A stretch of DNA of 54,109 nt from Chara braunii (lineage: Eukaryota > Plantae > Charophyceae): contig BFEA01000001.1 of assembly GCA_003427395.1 (NCBI GenBank), positions 12,612,054 through 12,666,162 of the forward strand, given 5' to 3'. Position numbers and translations under genes: made by a program. The notes below the pieces were generated by a model. It saw only the letters and a list, made by a program, of their open reading frames with translations, did not search any database and was not told where the DNA came from. Positions within the stretch are counted from its first letter, which is position 1, and each line of letters begins with the position of its first letter. Positions 11,616 through 24,257 of this stretch are shown in pieces.

Positions 11616-13570
11616 CTATTGGCGGGGAGCAGCACCTGCTGGATCCGAAGGAATACCCCAAAACCCCATTGAGAGAAATGGAGAGAAACCGCATCGCGAT
11701 GGCGTTGTCTACTGCTTGTCTTTCCTTTCCTCCTCGTGATGTCTTATCCATCATCGACGATATCGGCCAGGTCTGAAGCCACCATTTTTGTCCTCCTGAC
11801 ATGTCCCCTGCAGCAAGTCTGACCCTCTTTCCTCTCTCTCTCTCTTGTCCTGCTTGTTGATCACCCCCTGTTCTCTATCTTTTGTTGTTGTCCTCCCTGT
11901 GTTTACTCTACCCTTATCTGTTGTTGGATACAACTGCAGCCGTGGTTAGCTTCCTAATCAGTTACCGAAAAAGATGGCATGGCAATAACCTTCCACCGTC
12001 AACAGGGTTTCTGCCGATGAGGGAGATAATAGGAGCCCATGTGGCTGATCTCTGGCAGGTTATGTCTTCACACGGCCGTGATCTCTCCCTAGGAGAATCT
12101 TTCCCTTACAGCTTTTCTAGTATTCTACTCTTGTGTTCCTGCTTGTGATGTGGCTGGGTGCAGGATCTAGTTCTGGACATGGCTTTGATCTGTCTCCTTG
12201 GGGCATATAGATCGTGAATGTGCATGCGTCTAGATTCATCTAGCCATCTCCTTCCCCTTGTACCACCCATTTCTCCTCCCTCCCCTGTGTTTGCAAGGGA
12301 GTGATTTCCCATCCCGTCACTAATCCTTCCCAGGTGTCTTGCATTCAGCGCATAGTGGTTGGAAACAGATTGTACTGTGATTGCTTCTCCAGATCACACA
12401 TTGCTTCACTCAGGCAGCGACTCACCAGGTAGTGACTTCAGACAAGTGTCCCTCTTGATGTGGCTCTGGCAGGAGCAGTGCTCACCCCGTCATCAATCAG
12501 TGAAGCTGCCTGAGCTTCTATCTGCTGCCCGGCCAATGTCCTGACACACTCTGTATTTCTGCCTGAACTTTGCCTCCCACTTCGACCAGGTGCATAGCAG
12601 GCATCAGGCCAATCCCGGGGACATATGTACAACATGCCAAAACTAGCCAAGCTGCACCCACGCCTGTGGAAGCGGAAGGTGGGCGCCTTGCCACCTTCAT
12701 TGAAGGCTATCGCCAGGAAGCTTTGTCCTCGTGCAGGCATCTGCTGACATCGACGGCATGCAGCCCAGCATGATCCCGCCAGGCTTGCTGGGTGCAGCGC
12801 AGAACAGCGTGATCCCATCAGGCTTGCTGGGTGCAGCGCAGAACAGCGCAGATCCCGAGACACCACTCACTCAGTACAGTCTTCAGTTCGGATTTTTGCC
12901 ATTATCCCACTCTTGCCAAATTAGTTCATGCATCAGATCACATTTGAGATGGATCTGTAACTCCTCTTGTTGCTGTCGAGTCATTGATTCCCGGGAGAAC
13001 TCACTGCATTCGCGGGCCAAGAACCGAAGCCCCTGTTGAACCATTCGATAGAATAGTTGTACAATGGTCTGTATTGACACCAGAAGGCCCAATTGCCGTT
13101 CACAGATTGTCAGGAGGATGCAAGAGAGAGCACTAAAGGTATCGAGTTTGTGAAAGCCCTTCCCAAAGTCGGACTCTCTTCTCCGACGGCAATGCAGCTT
13201 GTGTGGGGTTGCGGTCCAGCCCTTCTAGGAGGCTGGCTACTTGGAGCTATTCAAGGTACAGCGATCCTGGGGAGGCTGTCTTGCAGATCAACCAGATTGC
13301 ACCTCTGGAACAGCTAAGACAGCTTTGATATCCACAAGCTCTTAATGTCGTTTAGATCGCATCTGGTCTCTCCTGACCAGTCTGACCATCCAGAAGTCTG
13401 CCCATCCCCCACTTCAATAAGACCTTTGCCAAGGTTACTGTCTAGAACATAAAGCATGCTGCCCGAATGGCTGCGTCCCCGCGTTTGACACGGTATAATA
13501 GTTGAACCAGCCACTGTTTGGTCACCCCCAGGTAGTAGACGACACAAGCGCCCCGTTCCCACTGACAGGA
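11616..13570 (-). other. Unclassified segment ending in a partial pseudoknot module, interrupting the LINE
   Basis: Partial module at 11616-11644 sits where LINE RT homology stops. Only broken ORFs upstream, plus a 42-bp tandem repeat near 12770-12850. Confidence 0.35.
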
Positions 13571-14704
13571 AGGTCGAAATGGAAACAACGGGTTGAAAAG
13601 GGAGTGTATGGAATATTCAGTCTACAAACTAGAAAACGGTGAACAACCTGTGAACGCAAACTGGGCACATAAAGGATATGGACCTGGGCTTACGGGAACT
13701 GCAAGGAGCTATCCCGTTAGCCTGGGTCCAAACTCGGAGGAAGGGGCCAGACATCAGACCGGGGGACTGGGTCATTCATGAGGACTCGTTCCTCCTTCCA
13801 ATGACAATCTATAAGATCCACCAATTGCAGGTACCAGAGGCCAGTATTCATGCCTACTGCCCAGTCTTTCGAGGAGAAAGATGGTCGGAGCTACAATGCC
13901 AAGAGGACCTAGACAGAGGACACCATACTGACTCACTCAAAAGAGTGTGAGTACTGGAGGACCACAAACAGGGCCCATGCCTATATGAGCCCTTCACCCC
14001 CATCCACTCCCTGCCATTTGACCCAATACAATGGGAATGGAGATGGGGACACCGGAAAAGAATGATGCCCTGGCAATATACTGTTAAAAAGGGGTACAGG
14101 GAAAGAGGAATATTGTCACCACTGTGTGCTTACTGCACCCACGCCCACCCCAGGAGAAGGGCAACCTTGGAACACTGCTTGTTAGAATGTCAAATGGTTG
14201 CTCAACTATGGCAGTGGTGGGACGCGGCATGGCATTACATTACCTGCGAACACCTTCCCTGGAACACCTATACGATGTTGCTAGGGGGGACACCGCCAAA
14301 TGGGGGCGGATGGTCGCCATTCATGATGAACCCTTTTAAACAAACACGCCTTACGGTCTTGATGGCTGCCTGGAGGATGCGCTGTGCCTTTGAAAGAAAG
14401 CAGCACACCTTCGGATACATGGAAGCTGGAGCGACCATAATAGACAGCATCATAATAAAGACCCATGAGGCATGGAAGGACATGCGAGAAATGGTATAGA
14501 AAGAACCGGACGCAGAAAGGAAAGCGGGCATTCGAGCATCCTTCTCCTCCTTATGGACGGACAGAAACAACAGACTTTGCCGCTTGGACCACGGGGACGA
14601 CCTGCAATGGCAATGGCAGCACTGGCTGTCGACTGAGGAGCACTGGGAGCAGTTACCCAGGCAACACTTCAAAGTACAATGCAATCCTACAAATTTCGTA
14701 CTAA
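13570..14704 (+). pseudogene. LINE ORF2 C-terminal remnant (zf-RVT)
   Basis: PFDPIQWEW...LCAYC...TLEHCLLECQMVAQLWQWW...AAWRMRC. Same architecture as the other LINE C-termini in this window. Confidence 0.8.
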
Positions 14705-14735
14705 TCCAAACCGGTCAGTAGAGCCTCCCTCGGTC

Positions 14736-16080
14736 CAGTTGATGTAGCTCAGTGGTTAGATCACCGGTTGGAAATGCGCATTGTGCTATGAGGTTGCGGG
14801 CTCAAAACTCCGCAGCCTTGCGCATGGACACCGGCAGGGCGTTAGAATGACGCACGGCTGGACACACACTCCCTTGGGATGACACAGGTAAGTTATTACA
14901 GACACTGCCTGCGCACCACCCAAGGGGTAGTCCATGGTTGTTGTATGTGGGAACTGGTCGATGATGGGTATCCTGATGTTCTTGGTCTACAGGGTTGCCA
15001 TGAGACTGCTGGGTGGCTCACATAGTCCGGTTTACTTGAGCCCAGCAGAGCACAGCTACAGTCTATTTCACAGTGTAGGTCAATAGGTTAGGTCACTTGC
15101 ACGATTCACATAAGGTCCTGTGTTCGATACCAGACTGTAAATTAGGGCTGGTCATCCTCTTAGTACGTGGTCAAAGGATTGAGGCTGGCATAGCAGTTCC
15201 TTAGTACGGGATGTCCGGAGTGTCAAAAGTGCACTTTACGGCAGGGCCGAAACGGGCTCCAGGGACATACGAGGGAACAGAGCATTGTCTGCTCTCAGAT
15301 TACCATACAACACAGGGCTAAGAGATTATGCAGGGTCAATACATACAGTCCACGATTCACGATTGAGGGTGGGCTATCCTCCTAGTACGTACCTTGTTGA
15401 GGCTGGCATAGCAGTCCTTAGTACTGATGTCGGGGGTGTCAGGAGATACTGCACCTTACGGAACGGGCTCCAGGGATATACGAGGGAACGGAGGATCCAT
15501 CTCTCTACCATCAACATCACAGTACACTGTAGTAAAGAGACAACATAAGGATAAAGAAACTCAGTCCATAACTCATGACCTAGGGTTGGCTATCCTCGTA
15601 GTACGTAGCATAGGGTTGAGGCTGGCATAGCAGTTCCTTAGTACGTGATGTCGAGGGTGTCATGGCCGGAACGGGCTCCAGGGACATACGAGGGAACGGA
15701 GGATACCCAGCTCTCTATGATCACCACACAACTAAGATAGATGGGAGTCACTGTGCACCCTCATGAAGACCTGTGGTAGCATGTTCAAACCTAGCTCCCG
15801 AAGTCCCCGTGCCTCAACCGGGGCTGAGCAGGGGGTAGGCGTCTCTGCTTAGCCCGGGTACCTGCAACAGCCGTCTGGTCAGGTCACCTCGCCAAGATGG
15901 CAATGGGTGATGGTCCTGGGTGGTTAACACTAGGGTAGGACAGTAGGGGTGGGGGTGCGCCAGGGCAAAAGATGAGAGGAAGGGTGGGTGGGGTCTTCAG
16001 AGGGGTTCATCTGGACAACCAAGTGGCCGAGTACTGTGGGTGACTGCCATCCATCTAGTATCCCACCTCTAAAACAACCT
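14736..16080 (+). mobile_element. Long tRNA-headed SINE-like element, copy 1 (two tRNA-like units plus three ~220-bp subrepeats)
   Basis: A-box TAGCTCAGTGG at 14745. Second tRNA-like unit ~15069-15140 (TAGGTCAATAGG...GTGTTCGATAC). Subrepeats at 15181, 15399 and 15619. Colinear with 19937-21273. Confidence 0.75.
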
Positions 16081-16495
16081 CCGTCAAACATCTGCTTATC
16101 CCCAGTGTCCCTCCCCTTCAGGTCCCCCTCCTTCACCGTCGCCACCGCCCACCTACCACCTTAACCCCGTCCCTGACCACATCCTATGCCTCCCTATGGC
16201 CTCCTTCAACCTCAGCCACTGCACTGTACAAGTAGAACGGGCCTGAGTGGCCTGAGTAATACTGGACTCCAATATCTGAACTGATGCAAAGGGATGCAGT
16301 TTATCAGAATCTGGTTCTGATGTCAGAACTAAGCATGCTATCATTTGATTCAGGCCTAAAGTAGGCTATCATGTAGGCAAGCAAATCAGGATTACTGCAT
16401 AGTGCAGCCTGCCAAATTTCATGTTTTTAGGCGAGTCCTTCAGTCACCTGTCATCACAACTGTATACCTGATCAAACAAGCATCTTATATGTTCA

Positions 16496-16640
16496 GGGAC
16501 GCTGGACCCGCTTTCCAGCAGGTGCTGCTCCCCACCGGGAAGTGCTTGGTGTCTGCTCTTACCACCACCCCTAGCACCCACTCGGGTTGAATTTTTTTTT
16601 AAAGAAAAAAAAGAAAAAAGAAAAGAAAAGGCAAATAAAA
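16496..16640 (+). mobile_element. Retroposon 3' end (module, UGCUCUUAC hairpin, A-rich tail), probably the 3' UTR of the 13570-14704 LINE
   Basis: Module 16496-16536. Hairpin 16542-16577. A-rich tail 16601-16641. Confidence 0.7.
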
Positions 16641-18221
16641 AATGTTTCTCTTGAAAAAGGGAAGAGAGAAGAAAGAAAAGGTACCCCCAATTGCCAACAC
16701 AGTCCGTGTATCAGTCATGTATGGCAGTCTGTGGGACATTGGCCCCAGTTACCAACCAATAGAAAAGCGCCAGTATAAATATGAAACAAAAAAGCCTGCA
16801 ATTTCAGAGAGCCAACGAATGGTGGCTCTGAAAACTGCAGGCACACTGCATAACCCCTTTCTTTTCTGTTTTCTGAAAAGAAGGAAAAAGAAGAAAAAGT
16901 GAAAGAAAGTACGTCTTCGAGTTGGGGGATGGGGATTGGGGTAAAGGGGTGCAGAGTCTGAAAAATTTGCTTGTTTCCCAGGGCATGACACGTGGGGGCG
17001 AAGAGTACAGGACATAAAAAGAATGCAGCTGCAGAAAAAGGAAAGCTTCAAGAGAGGGAAGAAGGGACTTTAAGAAAGGGAAAAAGGGAGCCAAAATCTC
17101 CTGTCTGAGAAAGAGCATGAAACAGAGCCGGAGTCGGAGCTGTACTTCATAGCTTCAGTGCTCTTTTTCTCATTGCTTTCTCTCCCCTTTGTGCATCTGT
17201 AATTGATGCTGTCTGCGACTTGTATGTGGTTATGTACAGCCCAACTCCCCTTCCTCACCCCTTAATTCCTAGCTGCCAAATTGGGGCTCTGCCAAAATGG
17301 GAACCACCAACCAAATGGGGCTTAAAGTTCTACTTCATTCCAGTCACAAGTTCGAAGGCTCGCACGTCTCAGTGTCTGTGAGTCCCAACCACCTGCTATT
17401 CTCATTCTTTTCTGACTTCCTCATCTCCTCCTCCTGAGGCCCTCTTCCCCACCTACCTCTTCCGGCCCCCTCCCCTTCAGCCCCACACTAATATAGTTCA
17501 GTGTGTCATGCACACAAACGAGCAGGGTCCTCCCCCTATGGATGTATGCCATACAGCTATCCGCTAGCAGCGAAAAGGCTACTGGAGATGTCTGCCATCA
17601 GTGTGCAGTGTATATGTCAGTGGTCTGCCAGAGTGAAGGTGGCTACAAATTCGGCACAGATCTCTGCAGGCAGAGATCTGACATGTCCACAGATGAACAG
17701 TGACATTCATTGGCAAGGCAGAGGCTTTTGTGGCTCTGAAGAGGCGGGCTGCACATCCCACTGGGATGCTCTCCTATAAACTAACATTCACAGTCTGTTA
17801 CGCTGACCCACTGACCCATAGACACGCACACATACACAGATGCACACACATGTGATGCAGGGCATTGTACCCTGTATGTGGTGCATGCAGACGCGCACAC
17901 ATGACATGTCACATGGTGCACGGCCAATCGGCCAGTGAGGGGATGGTTTTCCCAGGTTGTCAGATTGTAAACGGGGGGAACCATTGAGGGTGGAGGGCTG
18001 ACTGTCCAGCAGTGGAAATTCCCACTGTCGCATGGTGATTCTCCTCATGATTATGATATTATATTTCGGACCAGAGAACAAGCAGCAAATGCCATTGCAG
18101 TGGAGAATGAGATGGTCTTCTCCAATCATACCAGAAAGAGAAACTCTGTTTAAGGCATCCACTAGCATTGTCTCTGATGTATCTGTCCATTTTCTTTTGG
18201 GGGGGAGAACAAAGATCCAAT

Positions 18222-19900
18222 CTATTCGTGGGTAGCCGCACGTGCTGGGAAGTTGTGGGAACCAAGCCCAGCATCCCATATGAAAGATTTTTACAGATAG
18301 TTTGAAAATACCGGGGCCATTACCCGGCTACAGCTGAGAAAAACAGAACATTAGCACGACTCAGAAAAACACTAGCAAACGATTTACAAATTTACAAGTA
18401 TAGAACTAACCTCGACAGATCACTAATGCCTGAACCAAATGCTGCCATTCAGTGAGACTAATCAGGCGCCCAAGAACTGAAAGCCAAGCTACCCGAATAC
18501 TACTCGGCAGGCCTAACCAACAATTGTCTCAACCTTCCTATCCTCATGCCAGGACTCTACTAGGTCTCACACCTCTCCTGCTAGGTTACAGAACAGCACG
18601 ACCCGCCCCAGCTCCGACCGTCATCGTCCTGATGGTAGCCCACGAATAACCACTGGACTGCCTTCCACCATGCGCAATTCCTCAGATTTCTCTACCAGGC
18701 CTCATATCCCGGCCTAACTCAGGTTACAGGGCAGCGTAACCAAAACCCCAGTACCAGGCAGCGTCGTTCTGGCATAGGCTTTGTAAGCTAAGACATGACA
18801 GTATCGACATGGCATCAGATAAACTGCTAAACCCCATGAGATCACCCAGCCTCCAGTTCGAAACTCCTGCAACCACTGATCAGGCTTAACATCCAGAACC
18901 ACCCATCAATCCCGTTACCCCACTCCGGCAAGACTTACTGCGGCAGAGCCACCATCTCCGCTGCTGCTGTACCCTATTCCCATCCTACCAGCCAGACCTC
19001 TCACCAGCAGGACGTGTGATATCCATCCATCCACCTCCCCCACTCACTCCTACCTCTGCAACCCCCACACAGAGGGGTAAGCTGAAGAGAAACAACACTC
19101 ACAAACTATATCCTAAACGCTTTCTCCTGATCAGCATAGATACAAGATTTTGGGAACACCGATTTTTAGCAAAAACCATGAGAGGACAAGAATACGACAA
19201 ACTTACCTCCAACAGGTAAAGCCTTCTACTCAACCCCCTCTACCTCCACAAAGAGAGGGAAACCAGCCTCGCTCCCTATGGCGGCTCCGGCACATGGTGG
19301 AGACTCCTGTGTACAAAAAAGAGCTCACAACTACCCGCAAGATAACTCTCTCCTTCAAAAACAAACCCCCTGTCCCTGCCCTGCCCCCGCCATGAGAAGC
19401 CTCCTTCTCCTCCTCGGCCCTAGTTCAGTACAGCCCCTAAACGGACACCCCTGCTCCCTCAGCGGCATTCAATTTCCCCTAGAGTTTACCACCATAGAGC
19501 AGAAGTTCCCTCATTCCTCTTGTTCCACCCCCTCCAAGTAGAACAGCCCACTGAATCTCTCATCCTGCTGAAAACAGCACTTCACCCCTTGTCCTCTCTG
19601 CCACAGCCGCTATGACTGCTCCCACCCAGAAAGCAGCCCAGCTCCAGAAGAGGACACAGCCTCGTTTCCGCTCTCCCTCTCAAGAACAATACACCTCCCA
19701 CCTTGTGTAGTCCTTGCAAGAAGAAGCTCCAACCCTAAAGAAAGTAATCCCTATCGGCATCCTTGACCGCACCTAAAGCACCACCTATGAGAGACACTTC
19801 CTGTTGGAGTGACCACCACAACAGCCCCCTCTCGGAAAAAGTTTCAGGCAATCTTGATTTTTGAAGTTCAGAATCAGGAAATTGATCTGGAGGTCGGATA
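18222..19900 (-). mobile_element. Non-autonomous long retroposon, family X copy 1
   Basis: 3' module 18215-18277 and CCGGGTAATGGCCCCGG hairpin ~18311-18327. Reverse-complement homology to 34280-36350 and to 49560-49885. Confidence 0.7.
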
Positions 19901-19936
19901 TCGATTTAAGTTGTTGAGACAGTACTATCATTTTAG

Positions 19937-21273
19937 CAGCTGATGTAGCTCAGTGGTTAGAGCACCGGTTTGAAATGCGCATTGTGGTATAAGGTTGCAG
20001 GCTCAAAACTTTGTAACCTTGCGCATGGACATCAGCAGGGCGTTAGAGTGACGCACGGCTGGACACACACCCCCTTGGGATGACACAGGTAAGCTATTAC
20101 AGACACTGCCTGCACACCACCCAAGGGGTAGCTCATGGTTGTTGTATGCTGAGACTGGGCGATGGTGGGGTGTCCTGATGTTCTTGGTCTATGGGGTGGT
20201 CACGAGACTGCTGGGTGATTTGTGCAGTCTGGTTTACTCAAGCCCAGCAGAGCATAGTTCCAGACTATTTCACAGTATAGGTCAATAGGTTAGGTCATTT
20301 GCATGATTCACATGAGGTCCTGTGTTCGATGCCAGATCATGACGTAGGGCTGGTCATCCTCCTAGTACGTACTCAAGGGTTGAGGCTGGCATAGCAGTTC
20401 CTTAGTACGGGATGTTGGGGGTGTCAGGAGATACTGCACCTTACCGCAGGGCCGGAACGGGCTCCAGGGACATATGAGGGAACAGAGGATTGTCACCTCT
20501 CTCACAGTCAATAGATTGTCAGGGTTTGATAACCTCTTAGTAACTTAGGGTTGAGGCTGGCATAGCAGTTCCTTAGTACGGGATGTCGGGGGTGTCAGAA
20601 GATACTGCACCTTACCGCAGGGCCGGAACAGGCTCGAGGGATATATGAAGGAATGGAGGATCCCCAGCTCTCTACCATCACACAATAGAACAACGATTAA
20701 CATGCTACCATCACACAATAGAACACCGAAGTAATACAACATAAGGATAACGGATTCAGTCAATAACTCATGACTAAGGGTTGGATATCCTCCAAGTACG
20801 TAGCATAGGGTTGAGGCTGGCATAGCAGTTCCTTAGTACGGGATGTCGGGTTGTCAGAAGATACCGCACCTTACCGCGGGACCGGAACGGGCTCCAGGGA
20901 TACATGAGGGAACAGAGGATACCCAGCTCTCGATCATCACCACACAATAGAATATTGGAATAATGTACCTGTGGGACCTGTAGAGATACCCGTGCGGCAA
21001 GGTTCGGACGACTATGCTTCGATCAGGACTGAATAGAGTAAGTAGGGATCTACTTAGTCTGGTTTCCGCGACCACTGTCCGGTCAGGTCACCTCCGCCTG
21101 AAATAGACTAAGGTGATGGTCCTTCATGGATAAGGTAGGACTGTGGGAGTAGAGGTGCGCTGTGGGAAATGATTGAAGTGGTAGGTTGGAAGAGAAGTTC
21201 CATAGGAATACCGCATAGCCAACTGCCGAAGGCACCCCTCATATGTCTAGAAACCCAACCTCCACAACAACCT
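19937..21273 (+). mobile_element. Long tRNA-headed SINE-like element, copy 2
   Basis: GATGTAGCTCAGTGGTTAGAGCACCGG head. Subrepeats at 20382, 20553 and 20813. Same 3' end (ACAACCT) as copy 1. Confidence 0.75.
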
Positions 21274-21424
21274 GGGCTTTAAGTTAAAAAAATAAAAATA
21301 AAAAAATAGGATACTTGCAACGCACTTGTGTGGTGCGCGTGCGCCATGCCCCATGCGGAAATTAAGGTTGTGCTGATGATGTGCGCATTTTTTTTCTTTT
21401 CTCGGGGGGGTCTATGTGTGCATA

Positions 21425-21500
<76 letters not shown>

Positions 21501-21570
21501 NNNNNNNNNNNNNNNNNNNNNNNNNNNNNNNNNNNNNNNNNNNNNNNNNNNNNNNNNNNNNNNNNNNNNN

Positions 21571-21637
<67 letters not shown>

Positions 21638-22198
21638 CCTTCACCAGGTTTCACGTGAATTAGAGGGCCTCTGTAGAGAATCTGAGGAGACCTTCCAACA
21701 ATTCACCAACGTGGCAACGTCCTCCCTCAAGAAAAGGCGCGCTTTGCATTTGTGGCACTACATGAGCAGGCCAACAATATATGGTATGGATTCGAATTCA
21801 GGTCAATGTTCCACCAGTTACTAGGTCCTGTTGGTCCCTGCACACCATTCTCAGGGCTTCTCTCCACTACTCACACAAATGTGCAAAACTAGAATGAATC
21901 TTCCTCTAGCACATGGAACCATACGCTGCCATATGTTTTGTCTTCTGTAAGAAAAGGAAAACAAGAAAATGAGAATCATGTGCGTAGACCAGCAGGGTGT
22001 AGCTGAGCTAGTAACCCATAACCGCTGAAACATAGACCTGAATTTGAATCAGAGCATATATTGTTGGCCCTCTCTTGTCCTTTTCATAATTCGATCGACG
22101 ACCAACTGTGGCTGGCGGTGAGCCCTTGCAAATTTGTTATAGGGGCCTCTCTGGAAAGAGACTGAATCCAACTAGCACGTGCTCTATACCCACGCACG

Positions 22199-22235
<37 letters not shown>

Positions 22236-24141
22236 CTTGAGCACGAAGCGGCCCCAATTTTTTTTTTCTTTTCCATTTCGATTTTTTTATAGGGGAGGGG
22301 CACCTTTGGCCACCACACGCTGTCCTTCCCGGATTTTTTTCCTGCCCTTCCCGAAAATTTTTATTGACCCCTATTTAATGGGATGCGCCGCATCACGTGC
22401 GTGCGCATGCTTGTGTGTGCGCTGTGCGTCGCACGTGCGCAATTAGCGCGCACGTACTGCACCGCAAGTATGGAGTTTAGTAATTAAAAATTTAGGAATA
22501 GAAAATCACAGTACTAAGTCGAGGCTATTCATTATGAGAATATGAAGTTTCAAAGGTTCGGGATTAAGGATTGAAATATAGGAATTGCCACTAGGTTAGT
22601 TGTATCAGACATACGGAGATCATTAGAGGATACAGTCGGTTAAAGGAAGGGTCATTCTTAGACAAAAATCGTAATCATATCCTGGAAGAATTTTCGTGAT
22701 GATGACACCAACTGAGCAAGGATTAATCACAACATTATCTGAGGTAATCTAACTAGGATGAACAATGAGCACATAGACTAGGCAAGACCTTAAATAACAA
22801 TCAAGCTCCAAGGATCTGGTGATTGGAATTACAATCTAGATGTGGGGGAATCAAGGCCCATAAAACGTCGTCGAGACTGTCACCATTATTCCATCACCGC
22901 CACAATGGTAAGTGCCCTCCCTAGACAAGCAGCACAACAAACACTACTTTCCCCCCCCCCTCCACGTGACACGTGTTTCCCTCAAGGAGACGCTCCTCCT
23001 TGCAAAACCGTAGTGCAACATCTCAGCCAGTGAAGCAAAAATTTGTGTCCAGAAACACCTCAGGATATGAAGCAGTAATTATGCCAAAAACCTTGCAGCA
23101 CTCCTTTTCCTCCGTACACTGTGTCAGCCCGTGGCATAACAATCGACGTGAGGCAAGGTGAGGGCACTACCTGCTCAAATCCCGCTTACCGGCAGAACTC
23201 CATTAGCGCTATCATACGGCCTGCTTGGCAAAACCCCTGTAGTAACCTTGGACAACACTTCATAATAGCAGACGCAACAACGCTACATTACAACAACCTT
23301 TTCCCCCACCAAACTGGGCGCTCATCATTCCCTTTTCCCCCAACTCCAACCTCGTCCCGTCCGCTCATCCCACTACGCCCCCTCCTCACAATACTACGCA
23401 TTTGGCCCATTGTTCCTGCAGTTGTGCGCAACTATATTCATGCAGCCACTCCTCCTGCTATAGCTGACCATATCAACCTTACCCCCACAACGATCTTCTC
23501 CCTCGAATTCGACTCCATTCATATAGCCGCCGACCATATCACCCCAATCATACAGCTTCCCTCTCCAACCTAATGATATCACTCTCTCGTGTAGCACATA
23601 CCGTAGCGAGGAGCAAGAGGCTTTGCCGAATTCGTGCAAGCACTCTACCCAACTCCCCTCCACTCTCGTCATTATCACAGATGTGCTGACAAAAACTCTC
23701 AATGCCACAAAGTGGTGTCTTCCATCTCAAAGTCGCGACATCGAATAACTTCACCACACAAGCTATTCGCAAGGCGAAGCGAAAGCCAACATAGCTAATC
23801 CCTTCTCAAGAGTATTTTTGCCGCTACCACCATAGTCGATGACTCCTACCGCAGCTTGAGGAGAAAGAAGTTTGTCAACCAGGGTGCAAATTTTCGAGAT
23901 AAAATCATAAAAATAAAATAAAATAAATAAATAAAGATACAGGCAAAAGGTGAAGAGAGAATAAACATTTATTTTTTTGGAATTTTCAGCAGCATTTCCC
24001 CAACCCCCATGGCGTCAAATGTGCCAAGAGAAGAGGAAAGACCAGGAGAAGCACGCTAACTTTCAAAATATCGCAAATGAAAGTTTTCAGAAAAGTAAAT
24101 AAATAAACGAAGAGATGGAGGAGAGTGAAGAAAAAAAAAAA

Positions 24142-24177
<36 letters not shown>

Positions 24178-24181
24178 TTTA

Positions 24182-24257
24182 ATGCGTGTCATCCTTGCGC
24201 AGGGGCCATACTAATCTTCTTTGTATCGTTTCAATTTTAACGGATATCCCAAAGGAT
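24182..24257 (-). pseudogene. U6: U6 snRNA retropseudogene, 3'-truncated, with (AAT)n tail
   Basis: Minus strand reads ATCCTTTGGGATATCCGTTAAAATTGAAACGATACAAAGAAGATTAGTATGGCCCCTGCGCAAGGATGACACGCA, matching plant U6. The ACAGAGA box is mutated to ACAAAGA and the 3' ~25 nt are missing. Confidence 0.92.

Noticed and set aside
14741-14820. Functional tRNA genes (also 19942, 47630 and 30000 regions)
   Set aside because: No clean cloverleaf or acceptor stem, and each is embedded in a repeat. Treated as tRNA-derived heads.
15180-15710. CRISPR-like array, or SRP/5S-derived repeats
   Set aside because: Units exceed 100 bp, spacers are related to each other, and there are no cas genes in this eukaryotic context. 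Resemblance to SRP helix 8 or the 5S C-box is only a few nucleotides.
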